A stretch of DNA of 64,000 nt from Bacteroidota bacterium. Its GTDB lineage: Bacteria; Bacteroidota; Ignavibacteria; UBA10030. Made by a program: the position numbers and the translations under genes. The stretch covers positions 22,942 to 86,941 of the forward strand of contig JBBDYD010000142.1 of NCBI GenBank assembly GCA_040901865.1. Reading direction: 5' to 3'. The notes below the pieces were generated by a model. The model was not told the origin of the DNA and did not search any database. It saw nothing but the letters and a program-made list of their open reading frames with translations. Below, piece after piece: positions 37,106 to 47,419 of the stretch (position 1 is its first letter; each line of letters starts with the position of its first letter).

Positions 37106-38158
37106 ATGGAAGAACTTCTTCAACCGTTTTTTAGTGACGACTACAGCTGGCTGCTCTATATTATACTCGCAGCCCCGCCCATGGTCTTTATTCTGGTCTA
37201 TGCCCTCGTCACGGTCTGGACGGAAATGAAGATCTCGGCGCATATGCAGGACCGGCTCGCCTACATGTACACCGGGCCCCACGGCGTGCTGCAGCCGCTG
37301 GCCGATATTCTGAAGCTCATTCAGAAGGAAAACATCGTCCCGACTGCAGCGAATAAGCCCCTGTTCTTCCTCTCTCCATTTCTCGTTTTCATTGGGACCT
37401 ACGCCGGATTTGCAACGCTTCCCTTCAGCAGCGCCTACATCGGCAGCAATATCAATCTTGGCGTGTTCTACATTATCGCCGTGACCTCGATCGTCGTGGT
37501 CGGATTGCTGATGGCAGGGTGGGCCTCGAACAACAAATGGTCGATGTTCGGTGCGATGAGGTCGGCTGGACAGATCATAAGCTACGAGATCCCGACCGCC
37601 CTGGCACTGCTTGTTGCCGTGATGATCACGGGCTCGCTGAATCTACAGGATATTATCCGGTTTCAGGATGGCGGAATTCAGAACTGGGTCGTGTTTGGGG
37701 GCTCGGTGCCCCTTGTGCAGAAATTGTTCCTGATTCCGTTTACATTCATTGCCTTCCTGATCATGTTCATCGCGGGCATAGCCGAAGTCAATCGAACGCC
37801 GTTTGACCTTCCCGAGGCGGAGTCTGAACTCGTCCAGGGATACAATACCGAGTATTCAGGGATGAAGTTTGCCATCTTCTATCTGGCCGAATATGCGAAT
37901 ATGTATCTGGTTTCCGGGGTCGCTGCCTGTCTGTTCCTGGGCGGCTGGTCGAGTCCCTTCGGCGATTTCATGTCCGGTCCGATCTGGGGCGTCTTCTGGA
38001 TCGTGCTGAAGGGCTATTCGTTCGTTATCCTTCAGATCTGGATCCGCTGGACATTACCGCGCCTGCGTGTCGATCAGCTGATGTATACGTCATGGAAAGT
38101 GTTGATACCATTCCTGTTTGTTTGCGTGTTTGCCACAGGGCTTATTCTCGTTCTTTAA
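37106..38158 (+). CDS. nuoH: NADH-quinone oxidoreductase subunit H
   Basis: Polytopic, with [18 protein letters not shown]. It follows nuoD directly; no nuoE, nuoF or nuoG lies between them. Confidence 0.95.
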   Translation: MEELLQPFFSDDYSWLLYIILAAPPMVFILVYALVTVWTEMKISAHMQDRLAYMYTGPHGVLQPLADILKLIQKENIVPTAANKPLFFLSPFLVFIGTYAGFATLPFSSAYIGSNINLGVFYIIAVTSIVVVGLLMAGWASNNKWSMFGAMRSAGQIISYEIPTALALLVAVMITGSLNLQDIIRFQDGGIQNWVVFGGSVPLVQKLFLIPFTFIAFLIMFIAGIAEVNRTPFDLPEAESELVQGYNTEYSGMKFAIFYLAEYANMYLVSGVAACLFLGGWSSPFGDFMSGPIWGVFWIVLKGYSFVILQIWIRWTLPRLRVDQLMYTSWKVLIPFLFVCVFATGLILVL

Positions 38159-38179
38159 TCAAGTAAAGCGCCGGGTCGC

Positions 38180-38755
38180 ATGGAAGCAGTTCGAACATAT
38201 TTCAGGGATATCTGGAAGGCACTCTCGTCCATTGCCATCGGAATGAACGTGACGATCCGACACGTGTTCCATCCGGCGGTGACGATCCAGTATCCGGACG
38301 TCAAATTGAAAATGCCCGAAAGGGCGCGGAACCGCCTCTACGTAAACATCGATGATTGCATCGGATGCGACCAGTGCGCACTCGCATGCCCGGTGGACTG
38401 CATATCGATTGACACAATCAAGGCAACGGCAGACCAGGATCTTGGGGCAACGTCGACCGGGCACAAGAAACGCCTGCACGTCCCCAAGTTTGACATCGAT
38501 ATTGCCAAATGCTGCTATTGCGGTCTTTGCGTCTACCCGTGTCCCACCGAATGTATTGTCATGACGGACGTTTATGAGTTTGCAGAATACGACCGGCATA
38601 ACCTGATTTATCACTACAGCAGTATGGCGCCGGAGGAGATCGAGGGCGCAACGGCGAAGTTGAAGAAAGCCGACGAGGAAATGGCGGCGAAGAAAGCAGC
38701 AGCAGCCGCAGCAGCGGAAGCAAAGAAAGCTGAACAGCCAAAGCAGGGTTCCTGA
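38180..38755 (+). CDS. nuoI: NADH-quinone oxidoreductase subunit I (with a Lys/Ala-rich C-terminal tail)
   Basis: CIGCDQCALACP and CCYCGLCVYPCP. The tail reads AKKAAAAAAAEAKKAEQPKQGS. Confidence 0.9.
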   Translation: MEAVRTYFRDIWKALSSIAIGMNVTIRHVFHPAVTIQYPDVKLKMPERARNRLYVNIDDCIGCDQCALACPVDCISIDTIKATADQDLGATSTGHKKRLHVPKFDIDIAKCCYCGLCVYPCPTECIVMTDVYEFAEYDRHNLIYHYSSMAPEEIEGATAKLKKADEEMAAKKAAAAAAAEAKKAEQPKQGS

Positions 38756-38757
38756 TT

Positions 38758-39261
38758 ATGGACTGGTATTCAATCGTTTTTTATACGTTTGCGTCAATTA
38801 CCGTCGTTGGCGCTGGGATTGTCGTGTTTTCGCGGAATATCGTGTACTCGGCTTTTTCATTACTCCTCACTTTTTTCGGTGTTGCAGGATTGTACGTTCT
38901 CCTGATGGCCGATTTTCTTGCTGTCACACAGTTGCTCATCTATGTCGGTGCGATTTTAGTATTGGTTATTTTTGGCGTCATGCTGACAACGAATGTCATC
39001 GACGTGCAGCTCCGTTCAAGAACGGTGAACGTTCTCCCGGCGCTGGTTCTGGTCGCCGCGCTCGGTGCGGCTCTCCTGCATGTCTTTTGGTACACTGACT
39101 GGACCATCCTCCCCGAACTGCAGTCAGTCGATCAGACGGCTCCGGAGATCGGAAAACTGTTCCTGAGTTCCTATGTGTTGCCCTTTGAAGTCGCTTCTGT
39201 CATTCTTCTTGTGGCGCTCATCGGCGCGGCGATGATTGCCCGTAGAGGACGAAAGGTCTGA
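38758..39261 (+). CDS. nuoJ: NADH-quinone oxidoreductase subunit J
   Basis: Five transmembrane helices, between nuoI and nuoK. Confidence 0.85.
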   Translation: MDWYSIVFYTFASITVVGAGIVVFSRNIVYSAFSLLLTFFGVAGLYVLLMADFLAVTQLLIYVGAILVLVIFGVMLTTNVIDVQLRSRTVNVLPALVLVAALGAALLHVFWYTDWTILPELQSVDQTAPEIGKLFLSSYVLPFEVASVILLVALIGAAMIARRGRKV

Positions 39262-39262
39262 T

Positions 39263-39592
39263 ATGCAACTCGGCGAGTGGTTCCAGCATCCGGGATTGAC
39301 GCACTTTCTGATCATCAGCGCTGTCCTGTTCTCCTTCGGCGTTTTTGCCATTATCACAAGACGCAACGCCATCATGGTGCTGATGGGAATCGAGCTGATC
39401 CTGAATGCGGCCAACATCAATTTTGTCGCCTTCTCCCGGTACTCAACGGGGACGCTCGACGGACAGATGATCGCAGTGTTCGTTATTATCCTCGCGGCAG
39501 CTGAGGCCGCGATCGCCCTCGCGATCATTCTCAATATCTTCCGGAACTTCAACACGGTCGAAGTGGATGAACTCACTCAATTGAGGGATTAA
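39263..39592 (+). CDS. nuoK: NADH-quinone oxidoreductase subunit K
   Basis: I placed the start at ATG 39263 (MQLGEWFQ...GIELILNAANINFVAFS). The 39236 start in the ORF track overlaps nuoJ. Confidence 0.9.
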   Translation: MQLGEWFQHPGLTHFLIISAVLFSFGVFAIITRRNAIMVLMGIELILNAANINFVAFSRYSTGTLDGQMIAVFVIILAAAEAAIALAIILNIFRNFNTVEVDELTQLRD

Positions 39593-39606
39593 TTGTCTTT
39601 ACGGTC

Positions 39607-41868
39607 ATGGCACCCGATACTCTTCTGATCATAGCGACAGCGGTTCTGGTTCTTCCACTGCTCAGTTTTGTTCTGCTGATCTTCTTCAGCAAACGCCTGC
39701 CCAGGCAGGGTGACTGGCTCGGTACCGGCATCCTCGGCGTCACGCTTGTCCTTTCGTTGCTTCTTCTCTTATCGAAACTGACCTCCTATCATGATGAAGT
39801 CATCCAGACGGTCTTTACCTGGGTGAATTTCGGGTCGGTCGCGGGTATCGGGGTCCTAAAGATCGATCTGGGGATCATGATCGACAACCTTTCCGCGATC
39901 ATGATGGTGGCGGTCCTGATTGTCAGTTTCCTCGTTCATCTGTTTTCCATCGGCTATATGCAGGGCGATGTCCGCTACGGCCGGTATTTCTCCTACCTCG
40001 GCCTGTTTACGTTCTCCATGCTTGGGATCGTCCTGACGAATAATTTTTGGATGATGTATGTGTTCTGGGAATTGGTCGGACTCAGCTCCTATCTGCTCAT
40101 TGGGCACTGGTTCGAGAAGAAATCCGCTTCTGATGCGGCAAATAAAGCATTCATCGTCAACCGGATCGGCGATATCGGAATGTTCACCGGAATCATGATC
40201 CTCTTTGCTACGTTCCATTCTTTCAATTTTGACGTGATCTTCGGTTCGATGCAGAGCGGAAACATTCCCTTTGGCAGCGAAGCATGGCTGACCGCTGCCG
40301 GTATCCTGATCTTCTGCGGGGCGATCGGGAAATCGGCTCAATTCCCGCTGCATGTGTGGCTTCCGGATGCCATGGAAGGACCGACCCCCGTCAGTGCGTT
40401 GATCCATGCGGCGACGATGGTCGCTGCCGGCGTCTACCTTGTCGCCCGCACCTTCTCCATGATGACGGCAGATGCGCTGATGTTCATCGCCTACATCGGA
40501 GCGATCACCGCGTTTATCCCCGCAACGATCGCACTCGCGCAAACCGACATAAAAAAAGTGCTCGCCTATTCGACCGTCAGCCAGCTTGGCTACATGGTGA
40601 TGGCGCTTGGCATAGGAGCCTACACCGCCGGATTTTTCCATCTCATCACGCATGCGATGTTCAAGGCCGGATTGTTCCTTGGTTCCGGTTCCGTCATTCA
40701 CGCCATGCATCATGCGCTGCATCATAACAATGATCATCACACGGATGCGCAGGATATCCGGAACATGGGCGGTCTTCGGCGGAAGATGCCGATCACGTTT
40801 TGGACGTTTCTCATGTATACACTTGCGATCTCCGGGGTTCCGCTCACTTCGGGATTCCTTAGTAAGGACGAGATTCTTGCCGGCACGCTGGCATTCGACT
40901 ATCTCAATGGCCATACCATCATCCCGATCATCGGGTTTTTTGTCGCAGGACTGACCGCCTTCTATATGTTCCGCCTGGTCATCATGGTGTTCCTCGGCGA
41001 ACACAAAGACGCCGGCCGTTTTGAGGCTCTCCATGAATCTCCGGGTACAATGACCATCCCGCTGATCGTCTTTGCCGTGCTGTCATTTTTCGCCTTCTAC
41101 AGCATGAACCCCTTTGGTGCGGCGGGCGGCTGGTTCTTTGATGCGATTGTGCGTCCCATCTCCGTTGTTCCCGCATCAGTCGCAGCCGTTGCGGCGGAGT
41201 CATTCGATGAGGTCGTTCACCATGCCCACGGTACAGCGATGATGCTATCGCTTGGCGTGGCCGGACTGGGGATTCTCGTGGCCTTTACGACGTATTATTG
41301 GAAGAAGATCAGCGCCGAGGCAGTGGCCAACGCACTCAAGCCCGTCCATACCTTTCTCGTGAACAAATGGTACTTCGATGAGCTCTACGATGCGGTCGTG
41401 GTGGCAGGAATCCTGCTTCTCACGCGGGTCTTGCGTTGGTTCGACAATACCGTCATCGATGGGATCGTGAACGGCACGGCAAGCTGGACAAAAGCCGTTA
41501 CCCTGGGGACAAAGCGGAATTGGGAAGAGGGGAACATCAGCGCCCTCATTTACCTTGCAGTTGCAGGGGTGGTCTCATTGTATACTGCATGGTTGACAGG
41601 TTCCGCGTTGTGGGCAGACCAGCCGACTACGGCTCAGGGCATTTGGTATGTGTTCCTGAGCGTTGGCGTCTGCGGATTGACGTTCTTTCTCTTTTATGTC
41701 GGGGTGGGTGGATTTGACAACAAGATTGTCGATGGAATGGTCAACTTGACGGCATATTTCGCGGGATTCGCCGGTTTGCTCACGCGGAGAATTCAAACGG
41801 GCAAGATTCAGACGTATCTTGCGTTTGTGCTTCTGGGGATCATGGTATTCTTTCTGTGGTTTCAATGA
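39607..41868 (+). CDS. nuoL: NADH-quinone oxidoreductase subunit L (753 aa, long form)
   Basis: FWELVGLSSYLLIGHWF...HAATMVAAGVYL. Confidence 0.95.
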   Translation: MAPDTLLIIATAVLVLPLLSFVLLIFFSKRLPRQGDWLGTGILGVTLVLSLLLLLSKLTSYHDEVIQTVFTWVNFGSVAGIGVLKIDLGIMIDNLSAIMMVAVLIVSFLVHLFSIGYMQGDVRYGRYFSYLGLFTFSMLGIVLTNNFWMMYVFWELVGLSSYLLIGHWFEKKSASDAANKAFIVNRIGDIGMFTGIMILFATFHSFNFDVIFGSMQSGNIPFGSEAWLTAAGILIFCGAIGKSAQFPLHVWLPDAMEGPTPVSALIHAATMVAAGVYLVARTFSMMTADALMFIAYIGAITAFIPATIALAQTDIKKVLAYSTVSQLGYMVMALGIGAYTAGFFHLITHAMFKAGLFLGSGSVIHAMHHALHHNNDHHTDAQDIRNMGGLRRKMPITFWTFLMYTLAISGVPLTSGFLSKDEILAGTLAFDYLNGHTIIPIIGFFVAGLTAFYMFRLVIMVFLGEHKDAGRFEALHESPGTMTIPLIVFAVLSFFAFYSMNPFGAAGGWFFDAIVRPISVVPASVAAVAAESFDEVVHHAHGTAMMLSLGVAGLGILVAFTTYYWKKISAEAVANALKPVHTFLVNKWYFDELYDAVVVAGILLLTRVLRWFDNTVIDGIVNGTASWTKAVTLGTKRNWEEGNISALIYLAVAGVVSLYTAWLTGSALWADQPTTAQGIWYVFLSVGVCGLTFFLFYVGVGGFDNKIVDGMVNLTAYFAGFAGLLTRRIQTGKIQTYLAFVLLGIMVFFLWFQ

Positions 41869-41897
41869 TTGATGTTTTTTTCGGAGGATAGGGCCTC

Positions 41898-43493
41898 ATG
41901 GAATTCTTAGGTATTGGTGTTCTCACTTGGATAACGTTCCTGCCAATCATCGGCATGGTGGCCGTTCTCACGGTCCCCAAGGGAAATGAAGGTCCGGTCA
42001 AGTGGATTCCGGCGGCCGTCACATTCCTGCAGCTGGTACTGGCGGTGATGATCTATTTTGGCTTTGACAAGAGCATGACGGGGATCAACTCTGTGGAGGG
42101 GATGCAGTTCGTTGAGAAAGCCTCGTGGATCGATGTCGCCGGCGTGTCATGGTTTGGTCGCATTCACATTGAGTATTTCCTGGGCGTTGACGGTCTGAGC
42201 ATCACGATGGTACTGCTCACTGCGCTGATCAGCTTTGTCGCCGTGTTCGCATCCTGGAACATACCGAAGGCCCTGAAGGGCTACATGGCCATGCTGCTTT
42301 TGCTTGATACCGGCATGATGGGTGTGTTTGTGGCTCTGGACTTTTTCCTCTTCTACGTCTTTTGGGAAGTGATGCTCCTTCCAATGTACTTCCTTATAGG
42401 CGTCTGGGGCGGGCCCCGGCGGGAGTATGCTGCCATCAAGTTTTTCCTCTATACTCTGCTCGGCAGCGTCCTGATGCTTCTCGCCATTATTGCGCTCTAT
42501 TTCAGTGTCGCGGTCATTGACCCTGCGACCGGACAGAGCATGCATACCTTCAACATGCTGGACATGATGAATCCCGCCAACTATCCGGAGGGAGGGCTCT
42601 TGGCCGGCGTGGGGACGTATTGGCGCTCCCTGGCCTATATCGCTTTGTTCATCGGATTTGCGATCAAAGTGCCGATCTTCCCGTTCCATACATGGCTGCC
42701 CGATGCGCACGTCGAAGCTCCGACAGCGATCAGCGTCATTCTGGCAGGCGTCCTTCTGAAAATGGGTACCTATGGTCTGCTGCGAGTCAGTTATCCAATG
42801 TTTCCTGATATGGCAATGGAGTATGCGGTGCCGCTGGCAATTTTAGCGTTCATCAATATTGTCTACGGTGCGCTGTGCGCGATGGCTCAGCAGGATTTCA
42901 AAAAACTGATCGCGTATTCCAGCATCAGCCACATGGGTGTGGTGTTGCTGGGAATGGCGGCGATGAACACGCAGGGAATGGTCGGGGCGGTGTTCCAGAT
43001 GTTCAACCACGGCACCATCACCGCAATGCTCTTCTTGATTGTCGGCGTTTTGTATGACCGGGCACATACGCGCGATATCGATGCGTTTGGCGGGCTTGCT
43101 CTCACCATGCCAAAATACACAGGCGTGATGATGGTCGCGTTCTTCGCGGCGCTCGGGCTCCCCGGACTGAGCGGGTTTATTTCTGAGGCCTTCTCGTTTC
43201 TCGGCGCATTTCAGACCCATCGGTACATCACGATTGCTTCGACGCTTGGCATTGTCCTAACCGCTGCCTACATGCTGTGGACGCTTCAGCGCGTGTTCCT
43301 CGGAAAACCGAACGAAAAATGGGCCGGTCTTCCCGATATTAACGGGAGGGAGCTCTTCACACTCGTACCACTGGCGGTGATTGTTCTCGTGCTCGGAATT
43401 TACCCGTCGTTGGCGCTCGATCTGATGACAACATCGCTTAACCACCTTGTGAATGTGGTCACGGGAGCAGCTCCGGTTGCCATGGTACCCTAA
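41898..43493 (+). CDS. nuoM: NADH-quinone oxidoreductase subunit M
   Basis: WLPDAHVEAPTAISVILAGVLLKMGTYGLLR. Confidence 0.95.
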   Translation: MEFLGIGVLTWITFLPIIGMVAVLTVPKGNEGPVKWIPAAVTFLQLVLAVMIYFGFDKSMTGINSVEGMQFVEKASWIDVAGVSWFGRIHIEYFLGVDGLSITMVLLTALISFVAVFASWNIPKALKGYMAMLLLLDTGMMGVFVALDFFLFYVFWEVMLLPMYFLIGVWGGPRREYAAIKFFLYTLLGSVLMLLAIIALYFSVAVIDPATGQSMHTFNMLDMMNPANYPEGGLLAGVGTYWRSLAYIALFIGFAIKVPIFPFHTWLPDAHVEAPTAISVILAGVLLKMGTYGLLRVSYPMFPDMAMEYAVPLAILAFINIVYGALCAMAQQDFKKLIAYSSISHMGVVLLGMAAMNTQGMVGAVFQMFNHGTITAMLFLIVGVLYDRAHTRDIDAFGGLALTMPKYTGVMMVAFFAALGLPGLSGFISEAFSFLGAFQTHRYITIASTLGIVLTAAYMLWTLQRVFLGKPNEKWAGLPDINGRELFTLVPLAVIVLVLGIYPSLALDLMTTSLNHLVNVVTGAAPVAMVP

Positions 43494-43502
43494 GAGGAAT
43501 TC

Positions 43503-44999
43503 ATGACCGAGCAGATTCTCCAAAGTCTTTCCAGGTTCCTTCCGGAGGTGACACTCACCGCCGCCTTCTGTATTGCCATTGTTGCTGACCTGATATTCCG
43601 AAAGAACAAAGCAGTCGTGATAATCGTTGCGCTGGTGGGTGTTTTGGTTTCGCTTGTTTTTGTGTTTGAGCAGATCGGGGTTTCTCAATCGCTATTTTCG
43701 GGAATGTTGGTGGTGGACCCCTTCTCGGTGTTTTTCAAAATGGTAATCGGGTGCACCGCGATCTTCATTATCTTGTTTTCGCTTTATTCTTCCGAAGTGG
43801 AGTCAGTCCAGAAGCATCGAGGGGAGTATTTTTCGCTCTTGCTGGCCCTGACCCTGGGCATGTATCTCATGGCAGGGTCCACGAATCTTCTTATGATGAT
43901 TCTCTCCCTGGAACTTGCCAGCCTGACCTCCTACGTGCTTGTGGGATATATGAAGGAGGCGGGAGATTCGAGTGAAGCATCTCTGAAGTACATCATCTAT
44001 GGTGCATTGTCGAGCGGGCTCATGTTGTACGGAGTCTCGATTTTGTACGGGCTCACAGGTGCAACGGATGTTTTCGGAGTGAACAAGGCGCTCAGTACCG
44101 GGGAGGTCAATGAAATCGCCCTCCTTCTCGCGAGTATTCTTATCATCGCAGGCTTCGGGTACAAGATCTCTGCAGTCCCGTTTCATTTCTGGACTCCCGA
44201 TGTCTATGAAGGTGCTCCGGTCACGATTACCGCTTTCCTGTCCGTTGCTTCGAAAGCAGCCGGCTTCGCGATGATGATACGATTTTTCAAGATTTCGTTT
44301 CTCGATTCCAGTGTCGTGGACCTGCCGGAGGGCATGTGGGCTTCGCTTCAAGGGTTCGAATGGAATAATCTCTTTGCGATCCTGGCTGTCCTTACAATGA
44401 CCCTGGGGAATCTTGTTGCTGTTTGGCAAAATAATCTGAAACGTCTGCTCGCCTACTCCAGCATTGCCCATGCCGGGTACATGCTCATGGGCGTTGTGAT
44501 TCTGAGTGACAAGGGGATCGCCGCTATTTTGATCTATTTTGTCGTTTACCTCTTCATGAATCTGGGGGCCTTTTTTGTGGTGATGCTGGTTGCGAACAAA
44601 ACTGGCAGCGAGGATATCGATTCCTACAAGGGATTGGGGCATCGATCACCCCTGCTTGCCGTTGCAATGGTCATTTTCTTGATCTCCCTGACGGGCCTCC
44701 CGCCCACAGCGGGATTCATTGGAAAGTTGTATTTGTTCATCGCTCTTCTCGATGCGCAGTGGATCTGGCTCGCTGTCGTGGGGGCACTCAACAGTGTCAT
44801 TTCGCTGTATTACTACGTGCGTATCCTGCGTAACATGTTTCTCCGTGAACCGGAGAAGGATTCAACGCCTATTCAGTTCAGTTTCCCGCAAATCGCGCTT
44901 CTTTTTGTCCTCCTCGTTCCAACAGTCTTGCTTGGCCTCTATTTTGCCCCATTGGTGGATTGGGCAAATGCTTCAGTATTGATGTTTGGTGTGCGATAA
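43503..44999 (+). CDS. nuoN: NADH-quinone oxidoreductase subunit N
   Basis: FHFWTPDVYEGAPVTITAFLSVASKAAGF. Confidence 0.95.
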   Translation: MTEQILQSLSRFLPEVTLTAAFCIAIVADLIFRKNKAVVIIVALVGVLVSLVFVFEQIGVSQSLFSGMLVVDPFSVFFKMVIGCTAIFIILFSLYSSEVESVQKHRGEYFSLLLALTLGMYLMAGSTNLLMMILSLELASLTSYVLVGYMKEAGDSSEASLKYIIYGALSSGLMLYGVSILYGLTGATDVFGVNKALSTGEVNEIALLLASILIIAGFGYKISAVPFHFWTPDVYEGAPVTITAFLSVASKAAGFAMMIRFFKISFLDSSVVDLPEGMWASLQGFEWNNLFAILAVLTMTLGNLVAVWQNNLKRLLAYSSIAHAGYMLMGVVILSDKGIAAILIYFVVYLFMNLGAFFVVMLVANKTGSEDIDSYKGLGHRSPLLAVAMVIFLISLTGLPPTAGFIGKLYLFIALLDAQWIWLAVVGALNSVISLYYYVRILRNMFLREPEKDSTPIQFSFPQIALLFVLLVPTVLLGLYFAPLVDWANASVLMFGVR

Positions 45000-45073
45000 C
45001 GCACAGCGTACCTGAGCAGCGCCTTCTATTTTTGGTCTAGTTGAATACCGTCCTCCTCGGGAAGCGTCTTACC

Positions 45074-45844
45074 ATGCACGGAATATCCACACAGGCAAAC
45101 ATCCTTATAGTCGACGACGACGATTATTTCCGCACGTTATTGTCCGCGTTGATGCAGGACGAATTTGACCACAGAATAGTCGCTGTTTCTTCGGGGCAGG
45201 AAGCGATGGAGATTCTACGGAACGGAAAAGCCTACTTTGATATGATGTTCCTGGATTATTTTATGCCGGACATGACGGGTTTGGAGGTGATGAAAAGCTT
45301 GAAGGAGGAACGGATCGGCATCCCCGTTGTCATGCTGACTGGAGCCGGAAATGAGAGTATTGCGGTGGAGGCGATGAAGCTGGGGGCGTACGATTACCTG
45401 AGGAAAGAAGAAATCGACATTCCGCACCTCGGCACTGTCGTTGACGCGACTCGTGAAAGACACATGTTCCGCGTGGCGCAGGAGCTGGAAGTAGAACAGG
45501 CCAAAGAAATCCTCCTGAATAAGGAAGCGACGGAGAAAGTCCGGAGCGTCATCAACGCCATCACCCCGGCCATGAACTCCGCCCTGGCCGATATTGCCGT
45601 CGAACTTGAAATGCATGCCCGCACTGTTCTCGATGGAATCCCCGAAGGGGTGCAACGTACGCGGATTCAATCAGTGTTCAATGAACTCACGCGTCAGGTC
45701 AGCGTCTTGGAGTCCGGGATTCGGGCGTTGCTGAACCTGTATCAGCTGGTCTATGCAAGGCATGAAATGTCCTCGGCCATCGACGAAATAGAGAAAGAAC
45801 TTGAGGAGAGAATTCGGATTTTGCGCGACCGGCGAGGTACTTAG
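45074..45844 (+). CDS. Stand-alone response-regulator receiver with a C-terminal coiled-coil domain
   Basis: REC domain (ILIVDDDDYF...FLDYFMPDMTG...YLRKEEI), then an acidic coiled coil. I preferred the ATG (MHGIST) to the TTG at 45041. Lies 42-75 nt after nuoN on the same strand. Confidence 0.7.
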   Translation: MHGISTQANILIVDDDDYFRTLLSALMQDEFDHRIVAVSSGQEAMEILRNGKAYFDMMFLDYFMPDMTGLEVMKSLKEERIGIPVVMLTGAGNESIAVEAMKLGAYDYLRKEEIDIPHLGTVVDATRERHMFRVAQELEVEQAKEILLNKEATEKVRSVINAITPAMNSALADIAVELEMHARTVLDGIPEGVQRTRIQSVFNELTRQVSVLESGIRALLNLYQLVYARHEMSSAIDEIEKELEERIRILRDRRGT

Positions 45845-46626
45845 CCGGCCCGCGGTAGGCGGTCAACAATGAGCCGGACACCGTCGAGTACAAGGGTCGG
45901 CTCGGTGGCAGACAGAACGTGTGTGTGACTGCTGATGAATGTAGAAAACCCCCCCGTAGCAATAACCCTGGCCTCTTTTCCTTCCTGCGTGTGAATCTCC
46001 TTCTGTAATCTCCGGATCATCCCTTCGAGCGAATCGATTGCTCCGTAGAGGATTCCGGCCTGCATGCTGGCGACGGTATCGGTGGCGATGAGCTGCTTTG
46101 GAAGATGGAGCTCAATCTTTGGAAGTCTGGCCGCGCGCCGGTGAAGGTCTGCGGCGGATGTTTCGACGCCGGCGGCAATGACCCCGCCGAGATAGTCTCC
46201 GTTGGCCGCGATGACATCGTAGGTTGTGGCCGTTCCGAAATCGACGATAATCAACGGGCCCCCGTACTTTGCAAAACCGGCTACAGCATTACACAGCCGA
46301 TCGGCTCCCACCGCAGACGGATCTTTGTAGCGGATTGTAAATCCCAAATCGAGGTGGGAACCGATGATGACGGGTGAGTGTCCGAAATATTTTTCCGCCA
46401 TGCGGTTGAAGATGTCCGTCAGATTTGGGACTACGGATGATATTCCAATCGATTGGATTGAGGATTTGTCGATTCCGCCGCCTCGAAGGAATTGAAGGAG
46501 CAAAGCCCCTACTTCGTCTTCCGTTTTCTGCGCAGTACTCGAAACCCTCCAGTCCGCTTTTAGATCCTTGCCCTGAAAAACTCCAAAAACCGTATGGGTG
46601 TTGCCAATATCGATTGCGAGAAGCAT
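45841..46626 (-). CDS. coaX: Type III pantothenate kinase
   Basis: MLLAIDIGNTHTVFGVF...IVDFGTATTYD. Confidence 0.9.
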   Translation of the reverse strand: MLLAIDIGNTHTVFGVFQGKDLKADWRVSSTAQKTEDEVGALLLQFLRGGGIDKSSIQSIGISSVVPNLTDIFNRMAEKYFGHSPVIIGSHLDLGFTIRYKDPSAVGADRLCNAVAGFAKYGGPLIIVDFGTATTYDVIAANGDYLGGVIAAGVETSAADLHRRAARLPKIELHLPKQLIATDTVASMQAGILYGAIDSLEGMIRRLQKEIHTQEGKEARVIATGGFSTFISSHTHVLSATEPTLVLDGVRLIVDRLPRAG

Positions 46627-46633
46627 GGTGTAT

Positions 46634-47419
46634 TCAGGCGGGAATCAGGGATATGTCGCCGGCATAGATTGTTCGGAGCCCGGTGGATGTTTCGAGGATC
46701 AATCCGCCGTCGGTATTGAGGCCGATTGCTTTGCCCGTAATCCGTCCGCCATTCTGGGCAACGGTGACCTGGTGTCCAAACATTGTGCAACGCTCATTCC
46801 ATTCATCGAGTAAAGATGAGAATTCTCCGTTTCTGACATCGCGGTAGGCTAGTTCCATAGAGCTCATAATGGAGGAGAAGAGTTGGGTTCTGTCCACCGG
46901 CCGGCCGAGTTCCAGCGCCAGGGAGGTTGCCCGGCGGCCCAAATCGCCATCGAATTCACGTTGATTCACATTAATCCCCACTCCCACAACGGCATAGCCA
47001 ATGTTCCCGTTGTCGAGCGAGTTTTCGAGCAAAATTCCGGATGTTTTTCGCCCGTTGAAAAGGAGGTCATTGGGCCACTTGAACTCCATAGGCTTTTCGC
47101 ATACGTGTTCGATTCCACGTGCGACTGAAACTGCGGCAAAAAACGTCAGGAGTCCTGCTGAAGTTCTCGAGAGTTCTGGTCTGAGAACAACGGAAAACAA
47201 AAGATTCTCACCTGAACGAGCAGCCCAGGGGCGGCCGTGTCGTCCTCTCCCCTGCGATTGAAACTCCGTGATTACCACGGTCCCTTCGGGTGTGCCGGCC
47301 TGAGCGAGAGTCTTGGCGCACGTATTGGTGGAGTCGATAGACTCAAAAAAGAACATCTTCCTTCCGAAAATGTCTGTGTCCAGGCTCTGCTGGAGACTTT
47401 CCTTGGACAACATCTTCAT
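46634..47419 (-). CDS. birA: Biotin-[acetyl-CoA-carboxylase] ligase (no N-terminal HTH domain)
   Basis: QSQGRGRHGRPWAARSGENLLFSVVL...KWPNDLLFNGRKTSGILLE. Confidence 0.85.
   Translation of the reverse strand: MKMLSKESLQQSLDTDIFGRKMFFFESIDSTNTCAKTLAQAGTPEGTVVITEFQSQGRGRHGRPWAARSGENLLFSVVLRPELSRTSAGLLTFFAAVSVARGIEHVCEKPMEFKWPNDLLFNGRKTSGILLENSLDNGNIGYAVVGVGINVNQREFDGDLGRRATSLALELGRPVDRTQLFSSIMSSMELAYRDVRNGEFSSLLDEWNERCTMFGHQVTVAQNGGRITGKAIGLNTDGGLILETSTGLRTIYAGDISLIPA

Noticed and set aside
39856-41034. 392-aa ORF antisense to nuoL. Similar long antisense ORFs lie at 43803-44642 (antisense to nuoN), 23694-24584 (antisense to hemH), 16485-17042 (antisense to pilC) and 32769-33356 (antisense to the adenosyltransferase gene)
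   Set aside because: Low-complexity His/Arg/Asp-rich translations with no motifs, each fully nested in a confidently assigned gene. I treated them as open-frame artefacts.
44999-45040. Possible terminator after nuoN
   Set aside because: Only short imperfect complementarity (cacagcg / cgctg-like) with a weak T-run. Not convincing enough to call.
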